Part shown: in pieces, positions 1 through 10,403 of the stretch
Layout: every line of letters begins with the position of its first letter
Position numbering within the stretch: position 1 is the stretch's first letter
From: Acidimicrobiia bacterium
Lineage (GTDB): Bacteria; Actinomycetota; Acidimicrobiia; Spongiisociales; ZC4RG35
Assembly (NCBI GenBank): GCA_036555105.1
Contig: DATBMA010000031.1
Span: 1,325 to 65,324, forward strand
Direction: 5' to 3'
DNA: 64,000 nt
The notes under the pieces: generated by a model
What the model was told of the DNA's origin: nothing
The model's input: only the letters and a program-made list of their open reading frames with translations
The model's database searches: none
Position numbers and translations under genes: made by a program

Positions 1-1
1 T

Positions 2-232
2 CCTGATCTCGTGATCGTCCTTGCCGTCGAGCCGGAGGCCGGGGTGAGCAGGCAGTCCCGCCCAGACCGGATCGGGAACGAGGGCATGGAATTCCAAACT
101 GTCGTACTCGACGCCTACCGGCAGCTGGCCGATGCCGAGCCCGAGCGCGTGGTCATCGTCGATGCCAACCGCCACGTCGATGACGTGGTGGAGGCGGCTT
201 GGAAGATCCTGCAGGAGCGGCTTCATGGCTGA
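2..232 (+). CDS. tmk: thymidylate kinase, C-terminal fragment (5' end outside window)
   Basis: The frame is open from the window edge. The tail (..DRIGNEG..VLDAYRQLA..VVIVDA..) resembles a dTMP kinase C-terminus. It lies directly upstream of holB, and its TGA 230-232 overlaps the holB ATG. Confidence 0.6.
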   Translation, partial: PDLVIVLAVEPEAGVSRQSRPDRIGNEGMEFQTVVLDAYRQLADAEPERVVIVDANRHVDDVVEAAWKILQERLHG

Positions 233-1253
233 GCAGGTGATCGGGCATTCCCGCGTGCTGGAGCTCCTCGAGCGCGAGAAGAAGGTGCCGACTCATGCCT
301 ATCTGTTCGTCGGCGCCGACGGTGTCGGCAAGGCGACCGTCGCGCGCCGGTTCGCAGCCGACCTGCTGTGCCCGACCGGCGGCGACCACGACCTTCCATG
401 CTCGTCGTGCCGTCGGGCGGCGGCCTCCGTCCACCCCGACCTGATCGTCATCGAGGCTGAGGATGGCCGCACCGGGGTGGGGGTGGAACAGGCGCGCGAG
501 ATCGCCACCCGTTCTGCGCTCTCCCCGGTGGAGGGCGCACGTCGGGTCTTTCTCCTCCCGGAGGCGGGGGAGATGACCGAGCAGGCCGCCAACGCCCTGC
601 TCAAGACGCTGGAGGAGCCTCTGGCGCCGGTGGTCTTCCTCCTGGTCGCGGACTCTGAGGACGACCTCCCCGACACCGTGGCCAGTCGCTGCCGCACCAT
701 TCACTTCGGCCGGGTTCCCGAGGAGGAGCTGGTGGACGGCCTCACGACCCGGGGCCTGGACCTCGACCATGCCCGCACCGTGGCAGCTGTCTCCGGCGGC
801 CGGCCCGGGCTGGCTCTGACCCTTGCCACCCAACCGGAGGCGGCTTCGTTCCGGTCGGCATGGCTGGGGGTTCCGGGGAGGCTGAGCGCCCAGCCTGGGG
901 ACGCCTTCCTCCTTGCGGAGGAGATGTCCGTGGCGACCGAGCCTCTGATGTCTGGGGTGGGCGTTGAAGAGACCGACGCAACCAGGAGAGACCGCGCCCG
1001 CCGCCGGGCCAGAGTGACGCTGCTCTCATCGGGCCTCGAGATCCTGGCCTCGTGGTACGTCGACTCGGCCTCGCTGCAGTTGGGGGGACCTGTGCGCCAT
1101 CGCGATATTCCCTACGCCGACCTGACGATCGTCACCCCGGAGCGAGCGGTGGCCAGCGCCGGCCGTGTGCTCGACGTGGTGGTCGACCTGCAGGCCAACC
1201 TGCGCCCCCAACTCCTGTTGGCCGACCTGTTCGCCAAGCTGGGCGAGAGTTGA
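225..1253 (+). CDS. holB: DNA polymerase III subunit delta'
   Basis: Contains AYLFVGADGVGKATVA (AAA+ P-loop-like), a CPTG..CSSC zinc module and an SRC motif (VASRCRTIHF). ATG 225 overlaps the tmk stop. The ORF-track start at 132 lies inside tmk. Confidence 0.85.
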   Translation: MAEQVIGHSRVLELLEREKKVPTHAYLFVGADGVGKATVARRFAADLLCPTGGDHDLPCSSCRRAAASVHPDLIVIEAEDGRTGVGVEQAREIATRSALSPVEGARRVFLLPEAGEMTEQAANALLKTLEEPLAPVVFLLVADSEDDLPDTVASRCRTIHFGRVPEEELVDGLTTRGLDLDHARTVAAVSGGRPGLALTLATQPEAASFRSAWLGVPGRLSAQPGDAFLLAEEMSVATEPLMSGVGVEETDATRRDRARRRARVTLLSSGLEILASWYVDSASLQLGGPVRHRDIPYADLTIVTPERAVASAGRVLDVVVDLQANLRPQLLLADLFAKLGES

Positions 1254-1257
1254 GACC

Positions 1258-1377
1258 GTCGCACGGTCGCACGGTCGCACGGTCTCGAGGTCGCGAGGTC
1301 TCGAGGTCGCGAGGTCTCACGGTCTCACGGTCGTGGGGTCACTGTGAGACGGTGCGACTGTGAGACTGTGAGTCTGT
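1258..1377. repeat. octamer tandem-repeat array A (15 units, orientation flips at about 1338)
   Basis: Units run GTCGCACG x3, GTCTCGAG/GTCGCGAG x4, GTCTCACG x2, GTCGTGGG, then the inverted units GTCACTGT GAGACGGT GCGACTGT GAGACTGT GAGTCTGT. The 8-bp register is unbroken. The holB stop is part of TGAGACC. Confidence 0.9.
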
Positions 1378-1383
1378 TGTTCA

Positions 1384-1398
1384 CGACCAGAATGGAAC
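1384..1398 (+). promoter_or_regulatory. conserved 15-mer CGACCAGAATGGAAC, 27 nt upstream of tRNA-Thr(CGT); candidate promoter element
   Basis: A near-identical 15-mer (14/15) lies at exactly the same 27-nt distance from the second tRNA-Thr (34872-34886, minus strand). It contains CAGAAT (-10-like) or GGAAC (ECF -35-like). Confidence 0.4.
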
Positions 1399-1425
1399 TG
1401 GCGACCCACTCGGGTCGCGTTCATT

Positions 1426-1498
1426 GCCGGGGTAGCTCAGTCGGTAGAGCAGCCGCCTCGTAAGTGGCAGGTCAGGGGTTCGATTCCCCTCCCCGGCT
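1426..1498 (+). tRNA. tRNA-Thr (anticodon CGT)
   Basis: Hand-folded cloverleaf: acceptor GCCGGGG/CCCCGGC, D arm GCTC-AGTCGGTA-GAGC, anticodon stem GCCGC/GTGGC with loop CTCGTAA, T arm AGGGG-TTCGATT-CCCCT. CCA is not encoded. Confidence 0.9.
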
Positions 1499-1501
1499 CT
1501 G

Positions 1502-2071
1502 ATGGCCGATCAAGCCAGATTCGAAGAGGAAGCGCTTCCGTACGCGTCGCAGCTATATGCGGCTGCGCTGCGCATGACGCGGAATCCTTCCGATGCCGAG
1601 GATCTCGTTCAGGAAACCTTCCTCAAGGCGTACAGGGCCTACGGCACATTCGAGGCGGGGACCAACCTCAAGGCCTGGCTCTACCGGATTCTCACCAACA
1701 CCTTCATCAACAAATATCGCAAGGACAATCGGGCGCCTGCCGAGGTCGAGCTGGGAGACCTCGAAGACATCTATCTCTTCCGCCGGCTGTCGGATGCGGC
1801 CCCAGGCGACAGCACCCGCAGCGCCGAGGATCAACTGCTCGATGGCCTGGTGGAAGAGGACGTACGGGCTGCGGTGGAGTCTCTCCCGGAGATTTTCAGG
1901 CTCCCCGTCCTTCTGGCCGATCTGGAGGGCCTCAGCTACAAGGAGATCGCCGACATCCTCGACATCCCCATCGGTACCGTCATGTCCCGACTCCATCGTG
2001 GAAGAAAGGCACTGGAGAAGGCGTTGTTCGAGTTTGCCAGGGCACGCGGTCTGGTCGCCGGACACGAATAG
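1502..2071 (+). CDS. sigH: ECF RNA polymerase sigma factor, SigH/SigR-like
   Basis: Region 2 ([14 protein letters not shown]) and region 4 ([25 protein letters not shown]) are present. A ZAS anti-sigma gene follows immediately. The ATG is 3 nt after the tRNA 3' end. Confidence 0.8.
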   Translation: MADQARFEEEALPYASQLYAAALRMTRNPSDAEDLVQETFLKAYRAYGTFEAGTNLKAWLYRILTNTFINKYRKDNRAPAEVELGDLEDIYLFRRLSDAAPGDSTRSAEDQLLDGLVEEDVRAAVESLPEIFRLPVLLADLEGLSYKEIADILDIPIGTVMSRLHRGRKALEKALFEFARARGLVAGHE

Positions 2072-2080
2072 GCATCCCGC

Positions 2081-2323
2081 ATGAGCAAGCACAAATGTGA
2101 TCGAGCCCTGGCCGAGATCTACACCTATGTGGATCAGGAAATGACCTGGTGGAGGCGGCTGACCATCAAACGCCATCTCGCGGCCTGCTCCTACTGCCCG
2201 CAGGCGTATGAATTCGAGCAACGGCTCCGCATCGTGGTCAGGGAGCGGCTGGGGGAGGAGATCCCGGCCGAGGCGATGGGCCGCCTCAGGGAGATGCTCG
2301 CCAAGGAGCGGGACACAACCTGA
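2081..2323 (+). CDS. rshA: zinc-binding anti-sigma factor (ZAS, RsrA/RshA-like)
   Basis: An 80-aa protein with an H-x3-C-x2-C motif (HLAACSYC) plus an N-terminal Cys (KHKCDRA). It is located directly after the ECF sigma gene. Confidence 0.8.
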   Translation: MSKHKCDRALAEIYTYVDQEMTWWRRLTIKRHLAACSYCPQAYEFEQRLRIVVRERLGEEIPAEAMGRLREMLAKERDTT

Positions 2324-2371
2324 TTGGTTGGAGGCGTTTCCGAGCCTGCGCCCTCCGTTACGCTTGACCTG

Positions 2372-2671
2372 ATGGTTCAATCCGTGCGGGTTGCATTCCT
2401 GGTCGTGGTGGTGGCCCTGCTCTCGATCCCTCTCACTGCCCTTGCCCAGGAGGAGACGACCACAACCACCGGTGGGGGAACCACGACCACCGCGGTGACA
2501 GTCGTGCCGGCCGTGCCGGTCACCCCGGTGGCCGAGGCCGATTCACTGGCCGACTGGACGTACCGGTACCTGGTGCCGACCGGGCTTGTGCTGGCAGCCC
2601 TGGTGATCGTCGTGACCGTGATTCTGTATTTCCGCCGTGTCGTCCGCAACCGGTATCGCGTGGTCAATTGA
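2372..2671 (+). CDS. small exported/membrane protein with Thr-rich linker
   Basis: Has a signal-like N-terminus (MVQSVRVAFLVVVVALLSIPLTALA), a TTTTTGGGTTTT linker and a C-terminal TM followed by RRVVRNRYR. An alternative TTG start lies at 2324. Confidence 0.55.
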   Translation: MVQSVRVAFLVVVVALLSIPLTALAQEETTTTTGGGTTTTAVTVVPAVPVTPVAEADSLADWTYRYLVPTGLVLAALVIVVTVILYFRRVVRNRYRVVN

Positions 2672-3720
2672 GCACCCCTTGGCCACTGGCGGCGAAAGTC
2701 GCCGGGAGAATGGCCGGGACCTACCCGCTGGCTGAGACCTATCACGGCAAGGAACTCGCCGCCACCATGCCTGGCATCACCATCCGGGCCGCGGAGCTGG
2801 TCCATGTCGAGACCGGGCTCGACGGCACCGGTGCCCCGGATGTGCTGGTCACCTCGCGGGCCGAGTGGGCCGAGCGCAATCTCTCCTCCTTTGCCCACCT
2901 CCTGGCCCCGTTGGAGGCGCGGATCGAGGAGCGCCTCAAGCAGGAGGACCGCAACAACTCGGCCTCAGCCGAGCTGGCCCGCAAGGTGGTGGCGGTGGAG
3001 GCTGGAGCACTCCTGGGCGCGCTGTCGCGTCGGGTTCTTGGCCAGTACGAGCTGGTGCTGCCGACCGGCGACTCTGGCGACGCCGTTGCCTTTGTCGGGG
3101 CCAACATCCTCGCCTTGGAGCGCCGGCATCAGTTTCGGCCCTCCGACTTCCGTATGTGGATCGCACTGCATGAGTCCACCCACCGGGCGCAGTTCGCGGG
3201 CGTGCCATGGCTTCGGTCCTACTTCCTGTCATTGGTCGAGGAGCTCGTCGCCAGCGCCAAGCCCGATCCAGGGAAACTCATGCGGGTGGTGGACGAGGTG
3301 GCTTCGGCCCGGCGAGAGCGCCGTCCGATCTTCGATGAGAACGGAGTCATCGGGCTGTTCGCCGGGGCCGAGCAGAAGGCAGTGCTCGACCGGGTCCAAG
3401 CTCTCATGTCCCTGCTCGAGGGCCACGGACACGTCGTGATGGATCGAATCGGGGCGCGGCTCTACAAGAGCCAGGCGCGCATGTCGGCAGTTCTCAGCGC
3501 CAGGCGGCGCGACCCGAAGACCGCGGCTCTCTTACGCATCGCCGGCCTGGAGATGAAGATGCGCCAGTACGAGCAGGGTGCTCGCTTCGTAAAGGGGGTC
3601 GAGCAGGCAGCCGGATGGGACCAGCTGGCACTGGCCTGGAAGGACCCCCAGTCCTTGCCCGACCTGGCTGAGATCGAGCAGCCCGAGAAATGGCTGGAGA
3701 GGGTCGGCTCCGCCGCCTGA
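2668..3720 (+). CDS. zinc-dependent metalloprotease-like protein (DUF2342 type)
   Basis: Contains a HExxH motif (ALHESTHRAQF). Its conserved position upstream of tilS matches other Actinobacteria. Confidence 0.75.
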   Translation: MSTPWPLAAKVAGRMAGTYPLAETYHGKELAATMPGITIRAAELVHVETGLDGTGAPDVLVTSRAEWAERNLSSFAHLLAPLEARIEERLKQEDRNNSASAELARKVVAVEAGALLGALSRRVLGQYELVLPTGDSGDAVAFVGANILALERRHQFRPSDFRMWIALHESTHRAQFAGVPWLRSYFLSLVEELVASAKPDPGKLMRVVDEVASARRERRPIFDENGVIGLFAGAEQKAVLDRVQALMSLLEGHGHVVMDRIGARLYKSQARMSAVLSARRRDPKTAALLRIAGLEMKMRQYEQGARFVKGVEQAAGWDQLALAWKDPQSLPDLAEIEQPEKWLERVGSAA

Positions 3721-5021
3721 GCGGGGCGGTATCCACCGCCGCCCGACCCGTCCTCAGTCAGATCGGGCCGCGGGTGGCAGTGGCGCTGAGCGGCGGTCCG
3801 GACTCGGCAGTGTGTGCGTGGGTCGCGCAGGAGCACGGAAGCGTCCCCCGGCTGGCCTACGTCCATCACGGTCTGCCCGCTTCCGATCAGATGCGGCGTG
3901 CCGCCGGGTCGATTGCCGCCCGCTTGGGGCTCGGGCTCGAAGTCCTCGAGATCTCAGGCTGGGGGAAGTCCGAGGGCAGGGCCCGGTCGGCTCGGTACGC
4001 GGCCTTGTTGGGGAACCTGGAACAGGGCGAGTGGCTGCTGACCGGCCACAACCTCGATGACCAGGCCGAGACGGTCCTTCTGAACCTGTTGCGGGGTTCG
4101 GGGCTCGAAGGGCTGGCGGGGATCCCCACGGTGAGGCCACCGGTCGCCAGGCCACTGTTGGATGTCAGACGCTCCGAGATCCGCGAGCTGGCGGGCCTGC
4201 TCGGCCTCCCATGGCGGGAGGACCCGGCCAATACGGACCAGGCGTTTCGCCGCAATCGCCTCCGCTCCGGGCTTATTCCACGCCTCGAGGCGGAGTGGAA
4301 CCCCAACCTGAGCGTCCGCCTCGCCTCGATGGCGCGTATGGCCGCCTCCGAGTCGGCCGCCATAGCCGATGACATCGTCGAACCGCTGGAGGACCGAGGG
4401 CATCTGCTGCTCCCGGCTGCAGCGCTGTGGGCAGTCGGAGATCGCCGAGCCAGGCACTCCATTCGGGCGGCATTGAGGCGGCTGCGGCCGCCCCACCCGC
4501 CATCTTCGGGCGAGCTCGCCGAGGTGCTGGGAGTTCTGACCGGTGAGCGAGGTCGCCTGACCATGAGCGACGGCGTTGAGGTCGTCCTGGATGGGCCATG
4601 GCTCGTCCTACAGCGCGGACCGACGTTGCCCGTCGAAGAGGCTCCCGTCGAGTGGGAGGTCCCTGGTCTGGTCGCCTGGGGTGGCTTCGAGCTCCAAGCC
4701 GAGGTGAGCGACCAGCGCCCGACCGCCTTTCCTCTCTCGCCATGGCGTGCGGTCATGGATGCTGAGCGGGTTCGCACACTCACAGTTCGGGCTCCGGCCG
4801 AATCGGACCTTCTCTCCGTGCCGGGAGGCTCCCAGCGACTCATCGAAGCCATCAAGTCGAGTGGCATCGACGGCCAGTCCGCCGCAGGCTGGCCGGTGGT
4901 CGAATCCGAAGGACAGATCGTCTGGGTCCCAGGGGTCCGTAGCCTCCCGGCGGGTTGGGTCGATGGATCGACTCGCCGCTACCTTTGGGTCTCGGCCGAG
5001 GAGGTGGTGTGGCCAAGGTGA
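3690..5021 (+). CDS. tilS: tRNA(Ile)-lysidine synthase
   Basis: Has a PP-loop SGGxDS (VALSGGPDSAV) and lies upstream of hpt. The start is uncertain; ATG 3690 overlaps the previous gene by 31 nt. Confidence 0.8.
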   Translation: MAGEGRLRRLSGAVSTAARPVLSQIGPRVAVALSGGPDSAVCAWVAQEHGSVPRLAYVHHGLPASDQMRRAAGSIAARLGLGLEVLEISGWGKSEGRARSARYAALLGNLEQGEWLLTGHNLDDQAETVLLNLLRGSGLEGLAGIPTVRPPVARPLLDVRRSEIRELAGLLGLPWREDPANTDQAFRRNRLRSGLIPRLEAEWNPNLSVRLASMARMAASESAAIADDIVEPLEDRGHLLLPAAALWAVGDRRARHSIRAALRRLRPPHPPSSGELAEVLGVLTGERGRLTMSDGVEVVLDGPWLVLQRGPTLPVEEAPVEWEVPGLVAWGGFELQAEVSDQRPTAFPLSPWRAVMDAERVRTLTVRAPAESDLLSVPGGSQRLIEAIKSSGIDGQSAAGWPVVESEGQIVWVPGVRSLPAGWVDGSTRRYLWVSAEEVVWPR

Positions 5022-5533
5022 GGACGTTGATCACGGAAGAGGACATCGCGGCGAAGCTCGCCGAGATGGGCAAGACCATCTCCGATGACTATCAGGGCCA
5101 GGACTTGTTGCTGGTGGGCGTGCTCAAGGGGGCATTCATGGTGATGGCCGACCTGGCCAGATACGTCGATCTCCCCGTGGAGTTCGACTTCATGGCCGTG
5201 TCCTCGTATGGCGCCGCCACCCAGACCTCGGGAGTGGTCCGCATCCTCAAGGACCTCGATCAGGAGATAACCGGCCGCCACGTCCTGATCGTCGAGGACA
5301 TCATCGACTCGGGCCTGACACTCAATTACTTGCTCAAGAGCCTGCGGGTCCGCAAGCCCGCATCGCTCGAGGTGGCCACTCTCCTATTGAAAGAGGGAAT
5401 CCAGCGGGTACCGCTGGACGTCAAGTATGTCGGATTCAGGATCGGGCCCGAATTCGTCGTCGGGTACGGCCTCGACCACGCCGGCCGCTATCGCAACCTG
5501 CCCTATGTCGGGGTACTGGAAGGTGCAGGCTGA
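5018..5533 (+). CDS. hpt: hypoxanthine phosphoribosyltransferase
   Basis: Has a PRPP-binding motif (VLIVEDIIDSGLTL). GTG 5018 overlaps the tilS stop. The ORF-track start at 4955 lies inside tilS. Confidence 0.85.
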   Translation: MRTLITEEDIAAKLAEMGKTISDDYQGQDLLLVGVLKGAFMVMADLARYVDLPVEFDFMAVSSYGAATQTSGVVRILKDLDQEITGRHVLIVEDIIDSGLTLNYLLKSLRVRKPASLEVATLLLKEGIQRVPLDVKYVGFRIGPEFVVGYGLDHAGRYRNLPYVGVLEGAG

Positions 5534-5663
5534 GCCGGGTCGAGGCGTGCGGCTCAAGGGCATGGCCGAATAGGCCGATCCGACCACAGGTGAGCCGATT
5601 TCACTACGAATTCGCATCCCGTAGCATGAACAGGTCGCCGGCTCGCTTCCGGAAGGGCTCGAG

Positions 5664-7652
<1,989 letters not shown>

Positions 7653-7654
7653 GC

Positions 7655-8227
7655 GTGGCCGAGATCGACCAGGCGGCGATTGCCGACGCCGTCCGTCAGA
7701 TCCTGAAGGCTTTGGGAGAGGATCCGGAACGGGAGGGCCTGTCAGACACGCCCGAGCGCGTGGCCCGTTTCTACGCCGAGGTGTTCGACGGTCTGAATCG
7801 GGACCCGGCAGACGACATCGACGCCTTCTTCGGCAATGAGCATTACCAGGAGATCGTGATGGTGCGGGACATCCCCTTCTATTCGGTTTGCGAGCACCAC
7901 CTTGCGCCGTTCCACGGCAAGGCTCACGTCGCTTACATTCCCCGCGATCAGGTCACCGGCCTCTCCAAGCTCGCGCGGCTGGTGGAGGGCTACGCCCATC
8001 GCCCGCAGATGCAGGAGCGGTTGACCGCTCAAGTGGCAGATGCCTTGCAACGCCGGCTCAACCCCCTCGGGGTGCTCGTTGTCATCGAGGCGGAGCACCT
8101 GTGCATGTCGATGCGAGGGGTGAAGAAGGCCGGTTCGACGACTGTCACCTCGGCGGTGCGAGGGATCATGCACACAGACCCGGCCAGCCGGGCGGAGGCG
8201 ATGGCGCTGATCTACGGCACCGGATGA
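7655..8227 (+). CDS. folE: GTP cyclohydrolase I
   Basis: Contains the signature [22 protein letters not shown] start lies 2 nt after the ftsH stop. Confidence 0.9.
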   Translation: MAEIDQAAIADAVRQILKALGEDPEREGLSDTPERVARFYAEVFDGLNRDPADDIDAFFGNEHYQEIVMVRDIPFYSVCEHHLAPFHGKAHVAYIPRDQVTGLSKLARLVEGYAHRPQMQERLTAQVADALQRRLNPLGVLVVIEAEHLCMSMRGVKKAGSTTVTSAVRGIMHTDPASRAEAMALIYGTG

Positions 8228-9072
8228 GCCGCGGCTGGCGGCTCCGAACCCGCACGCTGCCACTCGACCGGCCTCTCCTTATGGGGATCGTCAACGTCAC
8301 CCCGGATTCCTTCAGCGATGGGGGGGCGTTCCTGGACCCGCAAGCGGCGATCGCACATGGCAAGGCGCTGGCCGAAGCCGGGGCCGACCTCATCGACGTC
8401 GGCGGTGAGTCGACCAGACCCGGCGCGGCCGAGGTGAGCGCTGACGACGAGCTGGCGAGGGTCATCGGGGTGGTGGAAGCGTTGGCCGGGGAAGGCCTGG
8501 CCGTGTCGATCGACACCGCCAAGTCCCGGGTCGCAGAGCCTGCACTCGAGGCCGGGGCCGAAGTAGTGAACGACGTCACCGCGTTGTCGGACCCGGCCAT
8601 GCCAGGGTTGGTCTCGGGGGCCGGCGCCGGGTTGGTGCTCATGCACATGCAGGGATCCCCCCGCACCATGCAGGTGGACCCCATCTACGCCGATGTCGTG
8701 GCCGAGGTTCGGGACTACCTGGTTGCCAGGGCCGCCCGAGCCGAGGAAGCCGGAATCGAGCGAGACCGCATTGCCATCGATCCGGGCATCGGGTTCGGCA
8801 AGACCCTGGAGCACAACCTCCTCCTCTTGGCCGGGCTGGGTGAGCTGGTGGGCACGGGGTATCCGGTGCTGGTCGGCACCTCCCGAAAGACCTTTCTGGG
8901 CCGGCTGACAGGGATCGATGATCCCGCCAGGAGGGATCTGGCCACGGCGGTCAGCGTCGCCCTCGCCGCCGAGCGGGGAGCAGCCATTTTTCGGGTCCAC
9001 GATGTTGCCGCATCTCGGGAGGCCCTCGCGATCGCCACCGCTATGGTGGAACGGTCGGAAACCAGAGCTTGA
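8224..9072 (+). CDS. folP: dihydropteroate synthase
   Basis: Contains the signature [18 protein letters not shown] 8224 overlaps the folE stop. The ORF-track start at 7888 is an out-of-frame overlap of folE. Confidence 0.9.
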   Translation: MSRGWRLRTRTLPLDRPLLMGIVNVTPDSFSDGGAFLDPQAAIAHGKALAEAGADLIDVGGESTRPGAAEVSADDELARVIGVVEALAGEGLAVSIDTAKSRVAEPALEAGAEVVNDVTALSDPAMPGLVSGAGAGLVLMHMQGSPRTMQVDPIYADVVAEVRDYLVARAARAEEAGIERDRIAIDPGIGFGKTLEHNLLLLAGLGELVGTGYPVLVGTSRKTFLGRLTGIDDPARRDLATAVSVALAAERGAAIFRVHDVAASREALAIATAMVERSETRA

Positions 9073-9554
9073 TCACCGGACTCATACCGCGCGGGTTCAC
9101 CTGGGTGATCGCCGAGCGGTTGGCAGTCTCCGAGCGGGTGGGGGGCTCGGGCTTCCAACACCGACGGGTGCGTCGTGAGGAGGAGATCAGCTGGCTGGTG
9201 CGGGGCGCCGGCATCACCGATGTCATATCCCTGCTCCCCGCCACCCAGAACGTCGCCGCCTACCGGGACGCCGGTCTGGCGGTGCACAAGCTCTCCTTGG
9301 GTCCCGAAGTCACGGTCGACGAGGCCGAGCAGGTCTATTCGCTGATCCACAAAGTGATGGCCAAGCCTTCCACCAAGGTCCTCCTCCATCGAGAGACCAT
9401 CGACGACTCGGTGGGCGGGATCCTGGCCGGCTACCTCGTGTGGTCGGGGATGGTCGAGCAGCCGGTCCTGGCGGTGGCCGTGGTGCAGGAGATCCTGAAA
9501 CGGCCGCTCGGGCCCGAAGGCCGCAACCTGGTGCCCGGCGCCGGCCTTCCGTAG
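9069..9554 (+). CDS. dual-specificity-phosphatase-fold protein lacking the catalytic Cys/Arg
   Basis: The layout is DSP-like (..ITDVISLL..VLLHRETIDDSVGGILAGYL..). The HCxxGxxR P-loop reads HRETIDDS. It is inserted between folP and folB with overlapping stop/start codons. Confidence 0.5.
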   Translation: MITGLIPRGFTWVIAERLAVSERVGGSGFQHRRVRREEEISWLVRGAGITDVISLLPATQNVAAYRDAGLAVHKLSLGPEVTVDEAEQVYSLIHKVMAKPSTKVLLHRETIDDSVGGILAGYLVWSGMVEQPVLAVAVVQEILKRPLGPEGRNLVPGAGLP

Positions 9555-10403
9555 GTGTTCGAGAGGTTCACCGACCGAGCCCGGCGGGTGGTGGTGCTGG
9601 CCCAGGAGCAGGCACGTGACCTCGACCACGGTTGGATCGGCACCGAGCATTTGCTCATCGGGTTGTTGGCGGATGAGGAAGGAACCGGCGGTGTGACTCT
9701 CCGGGAGCTCGGACTGGAGCTCGGGGCCACGCGCCAAGCAGTAGTGGAGATGGTCGGATCCGGAGAGAGCGGCGCTCCCGCCGGGCAGATTCCTTTCACG
9801 CCGCGAGCCAAGCGGGTGCTGGAATTGTCGCTCCGCGAGGCGATCAGCCTCGGAAGTGCCTATATCGGCACCGAGCACATCGCATTGGGGCTGATGCGGG
9901 AGGGGGAGGGGATCGCGGCACAGGTGGCGCGGTCGAAGAACATCGGGTACGACGAAGTCCGCGCCGCCGTCATCGCCCGCGGTGACACCCCCGACCCCGA
10001 GCTGGGCGGGAGCTTCAGGCGCCGCCGCCTCGGGCCTCAAACCTCCGATCGCATCAGTCTCAAGGGCATCGAGGTCTTTGCCCGCCACGGCGTCGAGGAG
10101 CACGAGAAGGAGACCGGCCAGATATTCGTAGTCGACGCGGAGCTCGAGCTCGACCTCGGCAAGGCCGGCGAGAGCGACGACCTGGCCGACACGGTGAGTT
10201 ACTGGGGAGTCGCTGCCATGGTTGCTTCCGTCGTTGCCAACGAGCGTTGGAACCTGATCGAGCGCGTGGCGGAGCGAGTAGCCGAAGAGTTGTTGTCCGA
10301 GCCCCGCGTCCGAGCGGTGACGGTGACGGTGCACAAACCAAACGCGCCAATGCCGGTCAAACTGGCGGACGTGGCGGTGACCATCCGTCGCAGGCGGGGA
10401 TGA
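9555..10403 (+). CDS. folB: Clp N-terminal (double Clp_N repeat) domain fused to dihydroneopterin aldolase
   Basis: Roughly aa 1-145 resemble the ClpC N-domain (MFERFTDRARRVVVLAQEQAR..IGTEH.. x2). Roughly aa 165-282 resemble FolB (GIEVFARHGV..E..GQIFVVD..TVSY..KPNAP). It is one uninterrupted ORF. Confidence 0.8.
   Translation: MFERFTDRARRVVVLAQEQARDLDHGWIGTEHLLIGLLADEEGTGGVTLRELGLELGATRQAVVEMVGSGESGAPAGQIPFTPRAKRVLELSLREAISLGSAYIGTEHIALGLMREGEGIAAQVARSKNIGYDEVRAAVIARGDTPDPELGGSFRRRRLGPQTSDRISLKGIEVFARHGVEEHEKETGQIFVVDAELELDLGKAGESDDLADTVSYWGVAAMVASVVANERWNLIERVAERVAEELLSEPRVRAVTVTVHKPNAPMPVKLADVAVTIRRRRG

Noticed and set aside
8715-10334. A 539-aa minus-strand ORF lies antisense to folP, the phosphatase-like gene and folB.
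   Set aside because: It has a low-complexity composition rich in Arg, Gly, Pro and His, and no recognisable motifs. It fully overlaps three well-supported plus-strand genes. This is the typical high-GC antisense artefact.
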